A DNA stretch of 64,000 nucleotides from an uncultured Gemmatimonadales bacterium. GTDB taxonomy: Bacteria > Gemmatimonadota > Gemmatimonadetes > Longimicrobiales > Longimicrobiaceae. Shown here piece by piece: positions 28,578 to 37,864 of this stretch (the first letter of the stretch is position 1; the number at the start of each line of letters is the position of its first letter). The stretch is from contig OY970303.1 in assembly GCA_963716255.1 (NCBI GenBank), forward strand, positions 1,344,001 through 1,408,000, in the 5' to 3' direction. Under the pieces are notes generated by a model. That model was not told the DNA's origin and ran no database searches. It was given only the letters and a program-made list of their open reading frames with translations. The position numbers were made by a program, and so were the translations under genes.

Positions 28578-29003
28578 ATGCCCGAGCAAGCCGAGAGCAC
28601 CTCCCAGGAAACCCCCCACAAGGCGCTGGTGGACGCCTCCAACGTGGCCCACTTCACCGAGGGCGAGAAGGCGCGCCTGGAAAACATCGTCCTGGTGTGC
28701 CGCAAGCTCCAGGAGGAGGGGATCGAGCCCATCGTGGTGGCCGACGCCGCCCTGCGCCACCAGATCGACGACTCCCCCGGCTACGAGGAGCTGGTGGACG
28801 CCGGCAAGATCCACCAGGCCCCCGCCGGCACCGACGCCGACTACTTCATCCTGGCCTTCGCGCGCGAACTGGACGCCAGCGTCGTGTCCAACGACCGCTT
28901 CCGCGACCGGCAGGACGCCTTCCCCGAGGCGCGCGACCGCGTCATCCGCTACATGATCGTCGCCGACGAGGTGGTGCTGGAGCGCCGCACCAGGCGCCGC
29001 TAG
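28578..29003 (+). CDS. Stand-alone NYN/Zc3h12a-like (PIN-fold) ribonuclease
   Basis: ALVDASNVAH, ADYFIL, VVSNDRFRD acidic motifs. Confidence 0.8.
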   Translation: MPEQAESTSQETPHKALVDASNVAHFTEGEKARLENIVLVCRKLQEEGIEPIVVADAALRHQIDDSPGYEELVDAGKIHQAPAGTDADYFILAFARELDASVVSNDRFRDRQDAFPEARDRVIRYMIVADEVVLERRTRRR

Positions 29004-29055
29004 CGAGCCCGCCCGCGCGCCCCTCCCGCCGCCAAACGTTCCCCCCGCCGCGCGC

Positions 29056-29084
29056 TTGTCCGCCCCGCGGCCGCGGGGTATGAT
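29056..29084 (+). promoter_or_regulatory. Sigma70-type promoter for tdk
   Basis: TTGTCC-17 bp-TATGAT. Confidence 0.55.
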
Positions 29085-29153
29085 ACTACGCTCCACGCCC
29101 GGGCGGCGCGTCCCCGTCCGGACCCTCCCCATGTCTCATCCCGCAGGCGACCC

Positions 29154-29849
29154 GTGAGAGACATCGCGATGTACCACGGCGACGGCCAGGGCTGGATCGA
29201 GGTGGTCACCGGAAGCATGTTCAGCGGCAAGTCGGAGGAGCTGATCCGCCGCGTCCGGCGCTCCCTGATCGCCCGGCGGCGCGTCCAGGTGTTCAAGTCG
29301 GCCCTGGACGACCGCTACGAGGGCGTCCGCACCATCAGCTCCCACTCCGGCTCCGAGGGCGTGGAGGCCATCCCGGTGCGCAGCAGCACCGAGATGCTGG
29401 CCAAGGTGCACCCCGACACCCAGGTGATCGCGGTGGACGAGGTGCAGTTCCTGGACGACGGCGTCGTGGACGTGCTCTCGCTCCTGGCCAACCGGGGGAT
29501 GCGGGTGATCGTGGCGGGGATCGACATGGACTTCCGCGGCGAGCCCTTCGGCCCCATGGCGCGCATCTTCGCCATCGCCGAGACGGTGGACAAGCTGCAC
29601 GCCATCTGCGTGCGCTGCGGCGGCCCGGCCACCCGCAACCAGCGCCTGGTGGGCGGCGAGCCCGCGCCCTTCGAGGCGCCCACCATCCAGGTGGGCGGCT
29701 CCGAGAGCTACGAGGCCCGCTGCCGCCGCTGCCACGAGGTCCCCTCCGTCACGCGCGACCAGACGTCCCTGCTCGGCCTTTTGTACGAGGCACCGGAGGA
29801 CGCCGTGGTCCTCACGCACGAGAGCCTGCGGCCGCGCCGGACTGCATGA
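29154..29849 (+). CDS. tdk: Thymidine kinase
   Basis: GSMFSGKSEELIRR, VDEVQF, AICVRCG, YEARCRRC. Confidence 0.97.
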   Translation: MRDIAMYHGDGQGWIEVVTGSMFSGKSEELIRRVRRSLIARRRVQVFKSALDDRYEGVRTISSHSGSEGVEAIPVRSSTEMLAKVHPDTQVIAVDEVQFLDDGVVDVLSLLANRGMRVIVAGIDMDFRGEPFGPMARIFAIAETVDKLHAICVRCGGPATRNQRLVGGEPAPFEAPTIQVGGSESYEARCRRCHEVPSVTRDQTSLLGLLYEAPEDAVVLTHESLRPRRTA

Positions 29850-29868
29850 CTGCTTCGACCGCTGGTTC

Positions 29869-29998
29869 GGGCGTGCCCCCGGCTGGCGCCGGGGTCGGGC
29901 TTCGGCTCCGTAAGCGAGCAAACAACGCTCGCTGACGGAGTCGAGCCCGCGCAAACAGCCGCGCGGTCTCGCCCCTTCGGGCCGTAATCCCTCACGCG
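29869..29998 (+). repeat. Family A structured repeat, copy 7
   Basis: Second stem CCGCGC/GCGCGG with loop AAACAGCC. Confidence 0.95.
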
Positions 29999-30005
29999 AC
30001 GGCAG

Positions 30006-30056
30006 GCCCCCTCCCCCCGGCCCCCTCCCCCGCAAGCGGGAGAGGGGGAGCACTGC
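30006..30056 (+). repeat. Family C REP-like hairpin
   Basis: Identical to 646-696; again directly follows a family A copy. Confidence 0.85.
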
Positions 30057-30076
30057 TCCGGACTCCCGCCGTTCAG

Positions 30077-30107
30077 CGTACTTCGTACTCCGCACTTTCG
30101 CACTTCG
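30077..30107. repeat. Short tandem repeat CGYACTT
   Basis: CGTACTT CGTACTC CGCACTTT CGCACTT CG. Confidence 0.55.
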
Positions 30108-30112
30108 TCCCC

Positions 30113-32242
30113 ATGAAGCTCTCGCACCTCGCGCTCCCCCTGCTCTCCCTGCTCCTCCTCGCCTCCGGGCAGCCCGCGGCCGCGCAGGCGAAGCGCGCCC
30201 TCACGGCGCTGGACCTGTACCACGTGGACGTCGCCTCCGGCGTGGCGGTGTCGCCGGACGGAAAGCGAGTGGCGTACGTGGTGTCGCGCGCAGACTCGGC
30301 CACCAACCGCTACCGGCGCGACCTGTGGATCGCCGCGGCGGACGGGTCCGGCGCGCGGCGGCTGACGTGGACGGGGAGCGCCGCGATGGGCGAGCCCGCG
30401 TTCTCGCCGGACGGGCGCATGCTGGCCTTCACCACCGCGCGCGAGGGCGGGCGGACGCAGGTGTGGATCCTCCCGCTGGCGGACGGCGGCGAGGCCTGGC
30501 CGCTCACCGACCTCCGGACGGCGGCGGCGAGCCCCGTGTGGTCGCCCACCGGGGACCGCATCGCCTTCACCTCGTCGCTGTCGCCCGCGGAGCTGGCGCA
30601 GGAGGGCGGCGCCAGGCCCGACAGCGGGCGGGTGGACGCGGCGGCGATCCGGGGCATCGGCACGGACCGCGCGGCGGCGCTGGCCGCCATCCGCGCCAAG
30701 CTGGAGCAGACCGCGCGCAGCGGCGACGCGCGCCGCGTCACCCGCCGCAACCACCTGGGCGAGACCTCGCTGGCGGAGGAGCGCTGGGCCCAGCTGTACG
30801 TGGTGGAGGCGCGGCAGGGCGCGAAGCCCGTGCGCCTGACGCTCACCGCCTTTCCCAGCGGCGCGCCGTCGTGGTCGCCGGACGGGCGGTCGCTGGTGTA
30901 CTCCGCCACCCGCCCCGAGGAGGGCGTGCACCCCGACTACGCCGACGACTCGGACGTGTTCGTGCTCCCCGCCGCCGGGGGGACGCCCACGCGCATCGCG
31001 GAGCCGCGCTTCACGGCCAGCGGCGCGCGCTTCTCGGACGACGGGCGCTGGATCGTCTACCAGCGGCAGCCGTACGACACCGTGTTCAGGAGCGCGGTGA
31101 ACAGCGAACTGGTGGTGATGCGGGCGGACGGGAGCGAGCGCCGCAGCGTCACCGGGCCCATGGACCGCGGCGTCGGCTCCTTCGAGCTGACGCCGGACGG
31201 GTGGCTGTACTTCACGGTGCAGTCGGAGGGCGCCATCCCCCTGTACCGCACGCGGCTGGACCGCATCGAGCCGCGGCGGGTGGTGTCCGGGCCGCGCGGC
31301 GTCACCTCGTTCGACGTGGCGGGCGGCACCGTGGCATGGTCGCAGATGCAGCCGCAGCGCCCCAGCGACGTCTTCGCCGCCCGCGCCGACGGCTCCGGCG
31401 AGCGCCGCCTCACCGCGCTCAACGACTCGCTGCTGGCCGGCGTGTACGTGGGCGACTACGAGGAGATCCTGTACCCCTCGTTCGACGGGCGCCGCATCCA
31501 GGGGTGGTTCATCCGCCCCATCGCCGTCCGCGAGGGCGAGCGGCCGCCGCTGGCGCTGGAGATGCACGGCGGCCCGCACTCCATGTGGGGCCCGGGCGAG
31601 GCCAGCATGTGGCTGGAATACCAGACGCTGGCCGGCGCCGGCTACACCGTGTTCTTTTCCAACCCGCGCGGCTCCGGCGGCTACGGCAACGAGATGCTGC
31701 AGAGCATCCACCGCAGCTGGGGGACGCCGCCGGCGCGCGACATCCTCATCGGCGCGGACAGCGTGCTCGCCCGCGGCCTGGCCGACCCGCAGCGCCAGGC
31801 CGTCACCGGCGGCAGCTACGCCGGCTACATGGCCGCCTGGCTGATCGCGAAGGAGGCGCCGGAGCGCTTCGACGCGGCGGTTGCGCAGCGCGGCGTGTAC
31901 GACCTGGGGGTGTGGTGGGGCGCATCCAACACCTACGACCTGTTCGAGGCCGAGTTCGGCGCCCGCCCCTGGGAGGACCCGCAGATCGTCCGCGAGCAGT
32001 CGCCCATCACCTACGTGGCCAACATCCGCACGCCGCTGCTCATGCTGCACGGCGAGGCGGACTACCGCACCACCATCGCCGGGGCGGACGCCATGTACCG
32101 CGCGATGACGGCGCTGGGCAAGACCGTGGAGATGGTGCGCTACCCCCGCGAGGGCCACGAGCTGACGCGCTCCGGGGAGCCGGCCCACCGGGTGGACCAC
32201 ATGCTGCGCATCCTGGAGTGGTTCGAGCGGTACACGAAATAG
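30113..32242 (+). CDS. S9 family prolyl oligopeptidase/acylaminoacyl peptidase, secreted
   Basis: Signal peptide, PD40 repeats (FSPDG), HGGPH, GGSYAG, HGEAD, EGHEL. Confidence 0.95.
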   Translation: MKLSHLALPLLSLLLLASGQPAAAQAKRALTALDLYHVDVASGVAVSPDGKRVAYVVSRADSATNRYRRDLWIAAADGSGARRLTWTGSAAMGEPAFSPDGRMLAFTTAREGGRTQVWILPLADGGEAWPLTDLRTAAASPVWSPTGDRIAFTSSLSPAELAQEGGARPDSGRVDAAAIRGIGTDRAAALAAIRAKLEQTARSGDARRVTRRNHLGETSLAEERWAQLYVVEARQGAKPVRLTLTAFPSGAPSWSPDGRSLVYSATRPEEGVHPDYADDSDVFVLPAAGGTPTRIAEPRFTASGARFSDDGRWIVYQRQPYDTVFRSAVNSELVVMRADGSERRSVTGPMDRGVGSFELTPDGWLYFTVQSEGAIPLYRTRLDRIEPRRVVSGPRGVTSFDVAGGTVAWSQMQPQRPSDVFAARADGSGERRLTALNDSLLAGVYVGDYEEILYPSFDGRRIQGWFIRPIAVREGERPPLALEMHGGPHSMWGPGEASMWLEYQTLAGAGYTVFFSNPRGSGGYGNEMLQSIHRSWGTPPARDILIGADSVLARGLADPQRQAVTGGSYAGYMAAWLIAKEAPERFDAAVAQRGVYDLGVWWGASNTYDLFEAEFGARPWEDPQIVREQSPITYVANIRTPLLMLHGEADYRTTIAGADAMYRAMTALGKTVEMVRYPREGHELTRSGEPAHRVDHMLRILEWFERYTK

Positions 32243-32265
32243 GGAACAGGGAACAGGGAATAGGG
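32241..32265 (+). repeat. AGGGAAC heptamer tandem repeat
   Basis: AGGGAAC AGGGAAC AGGGAAT AGGG starting in the stop codon. Confidence 0.7.
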
Positions 32266-32328
32266 TTTCCCGGTTCACGCGAAGCGTGAAGCGCCACAGC
32301 CTGCACGACGACGGCGGTACGACGTACG

Positions 32329-32368
32329 GAAAGGCGCCCTCACCGGAATCCCGGCGGGGGCGCCTTTC
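32329..32368. terminator. Probable bidirectional terminator
   Basis: GAAAGGCGCCC...GGGCGCCTTTC between convergent genes. Confidence 0.6.
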
Positions 32369-32402
32369 GCATCCGCGAGCGTATACTGTCCGGCGACCCG
32401 CG

Positions 32403-32972
32403 TCAGCCGGCGGCGTCGTAGGCGCGGCGCAGCACCGCGAGCACTTCCGCGTCTACGTCGCCGGGCCCGGACAGGGCGACGGCGTACTGGCACATGCCGC
32501 CGGGCTTCTGCGCCACGAACCGTGCGTCCGCGATCTCGTCCTTGAGGTTGATGCCCAGCTCGGCGCGGTCGGCCGTCTTCGGGCCCAGCATGGCGAACTG
32601 CTTCTTCCTGCGGAAGGCGACGTAGGCTTTCTTGGGCGCGGCCTCGAAGTCGCCCCAGGACTGGATGGCCGCGAGCAGGGCGTCGTGGACGGCGCGCAGG
32701 TGCGCCTTCTTTCCCGCGTAGATGTCGCTGAGGGGGTCGCCGTCCGCCGTGGCGGGTGCATCGCCGGGATCTTTGCCGCCGGCCGCGAAGTGGGCGAGCG
32801 CGTTGGCGTCGCCGTAGCCCAGCGCGTACGTCTCCATCAGCCAGGCGCGCACCTCGCCGTGCTTGGCCCTGCCGGACGCCGCGATCGCGGAGCGGAAGGC
32901 GGCGAGGTCGTGGCCGGTCCTCGCTTCGATGTTGCGCAGCTGCGTGGCGCGGGCCTGTTCCGGATCGCTCAT
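32403..32972 (-). CDS. DUF4287/DUF5655 domain protein
   Basis: QLRNIEARTG, KHGEVRAWL..LGYGDAN, PKKAYVAFRRKKQFA, VDAEVLAVLRRAYD. Confidence 0.82.
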   Translation of the reverse strand: MSDPEQARATQLRNIEARTGHDLAAFRSAIAASGRAKHGEVRAWLMETYALGYGDANALAHFAAGGKDPGDAPATADGDPLSDIYAGKKAHLRAVHDALLAAIQSWGDFEAAPKKAYVAFRRKKQFAMLGPKTADRAELGINLKDEIADARFVAQKPGGMCQYAVALSGPGDVDAEVLAVLRRAYDAAG

Positions 32973-33085
32973 CTGCACCTCTTTTCGGCCGGGGCCTGTC
33001 GTTCGGGGATTGGGTGGACGCGGGCAGATACGATAGCCGGCGCCCGGGGCGGCTACAAGCTCGCCGCCGGGCCCGCCGACGTCCG

Positions 33086-33778
33086 TCACCCCCAGGCGTC
33101 CTCGTCGTCGAAGGCCCGGGCCTCCTCGGCGGCCACGATGCGGCGCAGCGCCTCCTCGAAGCTTTCGCGCTCGCTCATGGCGAACGCCTGCGCCTCGATC
33201 CAGATGCCGCGCATCACCACCGGGACGATGTTCACCCCCAGCCCCTCGCGCGTGCGGCGCAGCTCCGCGGCGCGGCGCGCCAGGGGCAGCAGCTCCTCCG
33301 GGATGTCCACCTCGGCGGGGACGTACGCGGCGCCCGCGGTCTCCGGGGTGCGGCCGTCGGTGGGGTCCGGCTTCGGCCTGGGGCGCGGGGCGAACATGGC
33401 CGGCTCGCCGGCGATGCGCAGCGCGATGGTCCCGGGGCCGAACGGCTGCCACCAGTCCAGCAGCTTGCCGCGCAGCTCCGCAAGCATCCCCTCCACCGCC
33501 ACCCGCACCGGGCTCTTGCGCGCGGCCTCGGTGCGCCGGCCGCGCTCCAGCACCAGCAGCAGTTCCACTCCCGGCTGCTCGTGCGCGTGCATCTGGATCC
33601 AGCGGAGGGCGCGGTCGCGGGCGGTGGCCGGCCCCTCGCCCTGCAGGTCCAGCCTGCGCGTGGGCGGAAAGTGCCGCGCCTCGTACTCGCGGTGCAGGTC
33701 GTTGAGGTGTGCCAACTGCGCCTCCGATGCGGAAAAACGGGAGCGCCCGCGGCGGCCCTCGCGGCGCCGCGGACGCAC
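33086..33778 (-). CDS. Smr/MutS2-like domain protein
   Basis: RLDLQGEGPATARDRAL resembles Smr LDLHG; start uncertain (GTG 33778). Confidence 0.6.
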   Translation of the reverse strand: MRPRRREGRRGRSRFSASEAQLAHLNDLHREYEARHFPPTRRLDLQGEGPATARDRALRWIQMHAHEQPGVELLLVLERGRRTEAARKSPVRVAVEGMLAELRGKLLDWWQPFGPGTIALRIAGEPAMFAPRPRPKPDPTDGRTPETAGAAYVPAEVDIPEELLPLARRAAELRRTREGLGVNIVPVVMRGIWIEAQAFAMSERESFEEALRRIVAAEEARAFDDEDAWG

Positions 33779-33920
33779 GAGCCCCGGCTTCCCCCCGCGC
33801 CCGTCCAGGGGGATCGCCGGGGCGCCGCAAGCACCCGCGGGAACACGCCTTGCAGGCTTCGGGCCCGTGCGGCGGGCGCGCCCCGCGCCCATACCGGACT
33901 TCCCACACCGGGGCACCGCC

Positions 33921-34151
33921 ATGGCACGCTACGATCGCAGCTACGACTACGGCCTCCGGGGCTACCGCGAGACGACCGGGCCCTCCGGCCGCGGCGGGCG
34001 CATCGGCGACATGCAGGACTACCTGCACACGTACGACACGCGGGCGGGATCGCACACCTCGCGGGGCGGGTGGTGGCCGCAGCGCGAGCCGATTGGGGAC
34101 GCCATGCGCTCCGGCTACGACCGGGAGCTGAGGGGCTGGCGCAACTTCTAG
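33921..34151 (+). CDS. Small Gly/Arg/Tyr-rich hypothetical protein
   Basis: MARYDRSYDYGLRGY...RSGYDRELRGWRNF. Confidence 0.65.
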   Translation: MARYDRSYDYGLRGYRETTGPSGRGGRIGDMQDYLHTYDTRAGSHTSRGGWWPQREPIGDAMRSGYDRELRGWRNF

Positions 34152-34188
34152 CCCACCCTGGCGCGGCAAGGAAGGCGGTCCCGAACGT

Positions 34189-34230
34189 GGCGAGGCGCCC
34201 ATCCGCATCGTGGCGGATGGGCGCCTCGCC
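34189..34230. terminator. Long hairpin between convergent genes
   Basis: GGCGAGGCGCCCATCCGC...GCGGATGGGCGCCTCGCC. Confidence 0.55.
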
Positions 34231-34248
34231 GTTCGTGCGTGGGCCGCG

Positions 34249-34695
34249 TCAATCGGCGAGCGAGCCTCGCAGGGCTCGGGGAACGGCGATCCCCACCCTG
34301 CTGTCGCCGCAGCCCGCCACGAGCACCTGGCCGCTCTCGGGATCGTAGCTTGCGACCCCGGCATGTTCGCCGAGGACCGGTTGCAGGTCCTGCTGCCTGC
34401 TGATCGCGCGCTTGATGTCGCTGATCGCAGCGGAGGAGGAACCTCCACGGGTCGTATGCTCGTCGATGCAGTAGCCGCACTTCCAATCATTGTGCGGATT
34501 GTTGTAGTTGAACTTGCCGCCTTCGGTGCCGTAGAACGAGTGCTTCAGCGCGGTGCTGGGGCACATCTCGGACTCGTCCATCCGCTCCGAGTCACAGAGC
34601 GAACAGGAGAACGCAGGAGCTTCGGCCGGTGAGTAAATGGATGCCGCGGCGGCAACGACGGTAGCCGCGGCGAGGAATGACAGCCGGATGTTCAT
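34249..34695 (-). CDS. Secreted Cys-containing hypothetical protein (148 aa)
   Basis: Signal peptide MNIRLSFLAAATVV; CSLC...C...CGYC...C; ATGA overlap with upstream gene. Confidence 0.7.
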   Translation of the reverse strand: MNIRLSFLAAATVVAAAASIYSPAEAPAFSCSLCDSERMDESEMCPSTALKHSFYGTEGGKFNYNNPHNDWKCGYCIDEHTTRGGSSSAAISDIKRAISRQQDLQPVLGEHAGVASYDPESGQVLVAGCGDSRVGIAVPRALRGSLAD

Positions 34696-35849
34696 CTGCG
34701 CCCCCTGGTTTTTGTGTCTTCGAGCTGCACGCGCCACACGTCGACGGCAACCGCACCGGCACCGGTCTCGCGAAACGTGTAGACGTGGTGAGGGTCGAGG
34801 AACTCTCCCACCAGGTGGGGCACTCGCGCGCGCGCGACAATGCGCCCCGAACCGGGGTCGAATACCTCGAACAGGCGGTCGTATCGCTGCCGTGTGTCTT
34901 CGACGCTCAGCTTCCTGGGGGTACCCTCCGCACCCGGTGGAGTCTTCCACTCCTCCCGGGCCCGCTGAAGCCACGCTTCGTTATCGCGAAGGAGCAGGAC
35001 CCATATCCTCCCTGCGCTGTCGACGGCAAAGTCCTTGAGGCGTGGGGACATGGGATTCTCGGCGGCACGCCCGCGCGTGAACCGCTCAGGCACCCACCGC
35101 CAGATTCCCTCCGGTTCCAGCATCGCGATGTTCCGCCGGTATGCCCTGATCTGCCTGCCGCTCAGCTGATTCAGGCCGATCCGGTATTCCCGCCCGTCCG
35201 ACTGGGCCGTCCAGAAGGTCCCGCGCCCCCCATGGAACAGCTCGAATGGGAGGGGTGAAAGGAGCGACCAGTCCTCGCGCGTCACGAGGCGAACCGGGTC
35301 GCCTTCCCGTGTGAGCGCCTGGACCGGGCCGGAACGCATTGCGGTGGGCTCCGCCGAGACGAGCACCTGGGGACCGGCGAAGAGGATGTCGTTGGGCCTG
35401 TCCGGAACTGCAAACGATCGCACGAAGCGATTCGCGGAATCGAACACGTTGACCTCCGCCCCCCTCCCCGCGACGTACACCGAATCGCCCGGACCGATGA
35501 AGATCCGTCTCACCTCCGGCAGCTCCCCGGGCCCCAGGCCCCGCTCTCCGAGCGAACCCAGGTAGCGCCCACTCGGATCGAAAACGGCGATCTTCCCCGG
35601 ATCGTGCGTGGGAGCGGCATAATAGAACCCTCTGCTGTTCCTCACGACCTGGGAACCGCTCTTCAACCCGCCGTAGCTGGATGCCGGATCGAGCGTCCGG
35701 ACCCGGACCAGCCTGATCTTGCAGCTGGGGCACGTCACCTCCGCCGGGACGGTGGAGATCTGTTGAGAGGCGCCGGTTTCCGGAACCAAGCCGACGGACG
35801 CAGCGGCGAGCAGGAGCGCGAACCGGACGTGAATTGTCTTCGAACGCAT
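34692..35849 (-). CDS. Secreted 6-bladed beta-propeller (NHL-like) protein
   Basis: IAVFDPSGRYLGSLGERGLGPGEL, FAVDSAGRIWV motifs; signal peptide. Confidence 0.8.
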   Translation of the reverse strand: MRSKTIHVRFALLLAAASVGLVPETGASQQISTVPAEVTCPSCKIRLVRVRTLDPASSYGGLKSGSQVVRNSRGFYYAAPTHDPGKIAVFDPSGRYLGSLGERGLGPGELPEVRRIFIGPGDSVYVAGRGAEVNVFDSANRFVRSFAVPDRPNDILFAGPQVLVSAEPTAMRSGPVQALTREGDPVRLVTREDWSLLSPLPFELFHGGRGTFWTAQSDGREYRIGLNQLSGRQIRAYRRNIAMLEPEGIWRWVPERFTRGRAAENPMSPRLKDFAVDSAGRIWVLLLRDNEAWLQRAREEWKTPPGAEGTPRKLSVEDTRQRYDRLFEVFDPGSGRIVARARVPHLVGEFLDPHHVYTFRETGAGAVAVDVWRVQLEDTKTRGRR

Positions 35850-35984
35850 GGGAATTCAGAGCGGGCAAGGACGAACACGAGTGCGCTGCCACGCCGAGCG
35901 GCTGCAAATACGCGGATGCCGGAATGTAAGCGGGCCGCGACATGACGAACAAGCCGCTTCCGTTGTCGGTAGGGAGCGGCGGCA

Positions 35985-36428
35985 TCAGGGCGCCAGGTGG
36001 ACGACCTCGATGGGGACCCGCTCCGCCAGCGTGGCGGCCACCATGCTGCGGTGGCAGTGGGCCGGGTCCGCCTCCAGGCACAGCAGGCACACCCGGCGGC
36101 CGGCGCGCACCAGGCCGGCCAGCGTTTCCAGCTCCGCCTGCGCGGCCGGCGTCGCCATGTGCTCCGTGAACACCGCGCGCAGCTCGTCGTGACGGCCGGC
36201 GCGGGCGGCGGCGCGCCCCTCCGCGGGGGTGCCGAGGGCGCGCAGGTGCAGGTACTCGATCCCCACCGTGCCCAGGTTCTCCGCCAGCCGCGACTTGGAG
36301 AAGCCGGGGCGCCGCGAGTTCGCGACCGCGCGGACGTCCACCAGAAGGTCCACTCCGGCCTCCCGGAGCGCGTCCAGCAGGCGCTGGGTCGTGGCGTCCT
36401 CGTAGCCGATGGTGGCGACCGGGGTCAT
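35985..36428 (-). CDS. DUF488 family protein
   Basis: TIGYE, LVDVR..NSRRPGFSK, LLCLEADPAHCHRS. Confidence 0.9.
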   Translation of the reverse strand: MTPVATIGYEDATTQRLLDALREAGVDLLVDVRAVANSRRPGFSKSRLAENLGTVGIEYLHLRALGTPAEGRAAARAGRHDELRAVFTEHMATPAAQAELETLAGLVRAGRRVCLLCLEADPAHCHRSMVAATLAERVPIEVVHLAP

Positions 36429-37267
36429 GCCGCCCTCCCCCGGCGCGCCCCGCGGCCCCGGCGGGAGTCCACCCGCGGCCTGCGGCGGCGCGGGGCCCGG
36501 CGCCGCCAGCCGTCCAGCGACACCACGGCGGCGTCGTCCTCCCCGTCCTCGCCCGGCTCCTCGTCGTCGAAGAGCCGGGAGGAGGCGGGGTCGGGACGGT
36601 CGGGGCGGCGCAGCTCGCGGCCGAGCTCGTCGCCCACCCGCTCCGCGGCGACGCTCCACACCACCGAAAGCAGCGTCACCAGGCTGGCGAGCAGTTGCTG
36701 GCACGAGCGCTCGATGCGGTGCGCCGCGCGCGCCTCCCGCTCCGGGAGCAGACAGCTGGGCCCCTCCGGCTGGGATCCCCGCTCGCGGACGCGCTCCAGC
36801 CGCCCCTCCACCGCCAGGATCACCCGCCGCGCCGCGTAGCGCCGCCGGTGAAGGCGCCGCCCGCTGCACAGGCGCTCCGCGTGGCTGCGCCACCCGGCTC
36901 CGTGCGCAGCGCACTCGCGCAGCAGCCACAGCGCGGCGTACAGCTCGGCGAAGACGCGGCGGTCGATTTCCTGGATGGCTTCGGAGGGGAGGGTGGACAG
37001 GTACTCGAGAAAGGCGGAGATCCGGCGGGGTCGGGCGAGGAGGAAGGGGACGATTTCCTGGCAGCCGCGCCGCTGGTTGCAGCGGGCGCAGGCGGGGACG
37101 ATGATGCGGAGGTCTCTTCTTCGGCCCCCGCGCGCCCGGGGGATGACGTGCTCGCGGGTGAGGGGGTTGTCCGGGACCGCGGGGGCCCGGCAGTACACGC
37201 ACTGGCCGTTCTTTATGCGGTGCTCCAGCTCCCGGCGAAGGGCACCGCTGCGCTCATGCGTCCGCAA
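36425..37267 (-). CDS. HNH endonuclease domain protein with helical C-terminal extension
   Basis: CVYC...TREHVIPRARGG...VPACARCNQRRG. Confidence 0.82.
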   Translation of the reverse strand: MRTHERSGALRRELEHRIKNGQCVYCRAPAVPDNPLTREHVIPRARGGRRRDLRIIVPACARCNQRRGCQEIVPFLLARPRRISAFLEYLSTLPSEAIQEIDRRVFAELYAALWLLRECAAHGAGWRSHAERLCSGRRLHRRRYAARRVILAVEGRLERVRERGSQPEGPSCLLPEREARAAHRIERSCQQLLASLVTLLSVVWSVAAERVGDELGRELRRPDRPDPASSRLFDDEEPGEDGEDDAAVVSLDGWRRRAPRRRRPRVDSRRGRGARRGRAA

Positions 37268-37694
37268 CTGGCACTCTCTGGCTGAAGGTAGGGCGGCCGG
37301 CCGTGACGCCCACCGCCTGCGCGGGGCGCGGTTCCGGGACCTCGTCCGGGGCCGCGCCGGGTCACCTCCTGCGGGGCCGAGCGTTTGCGAGAACGGTGCC
37401 AGCGGACGGCCTGCGCCGTCACGGTTCCGCAGCGGTTCGGCGGGGTGCCTGCGAAGGGTTCGGGTGGCCTCCGGGAAAGCGGGTGGGGGGGGTGCTCCGA
37501 GGGGTGTACCTGGCCGCGGGGGGCAGGGCTACGCGTGGGGCGGAGGCTGCGGCCCGGCGCGGCCCCGATGGGACCGCCCGCCCACAAGTATGTGAGGCGA
37601 GCCCGCGCGACGCCAGGGATACGAAACGGGAGTGCGGAAGAGAGGCGCCCCCACCGGGAGATCCCGGCGGGGGCGCAGTCGTAGTTCGCAGTTC

Positions 37695-37850
37695 CCGCAG
37701 TACCCATCCAATCCTTTGCGGAGGGAAACTCGCGCGGCGGTTTGCGCGAGTTTCCCGGAGCCGGAGCGGAGACAGCGGGGCAGTTTCCGCTGGCTCCGCG
37801 ACCCGCGCAGGAAACAGGCCGGCCGTTTGGCCTGGTTCCGGAGCGGCCCC
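37695..37850 (+). repeat. Family B triple-hairpin repeat, copy 3
   Basis: CCGCAGTACCC...GGAGGGAAAC-stem-GGCGGTTT..., three hairpins, ends GGAGCGGCCCC. Confidence 0.85.
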
Positions 37851-37864
37851 TGCACCAAAACCAC

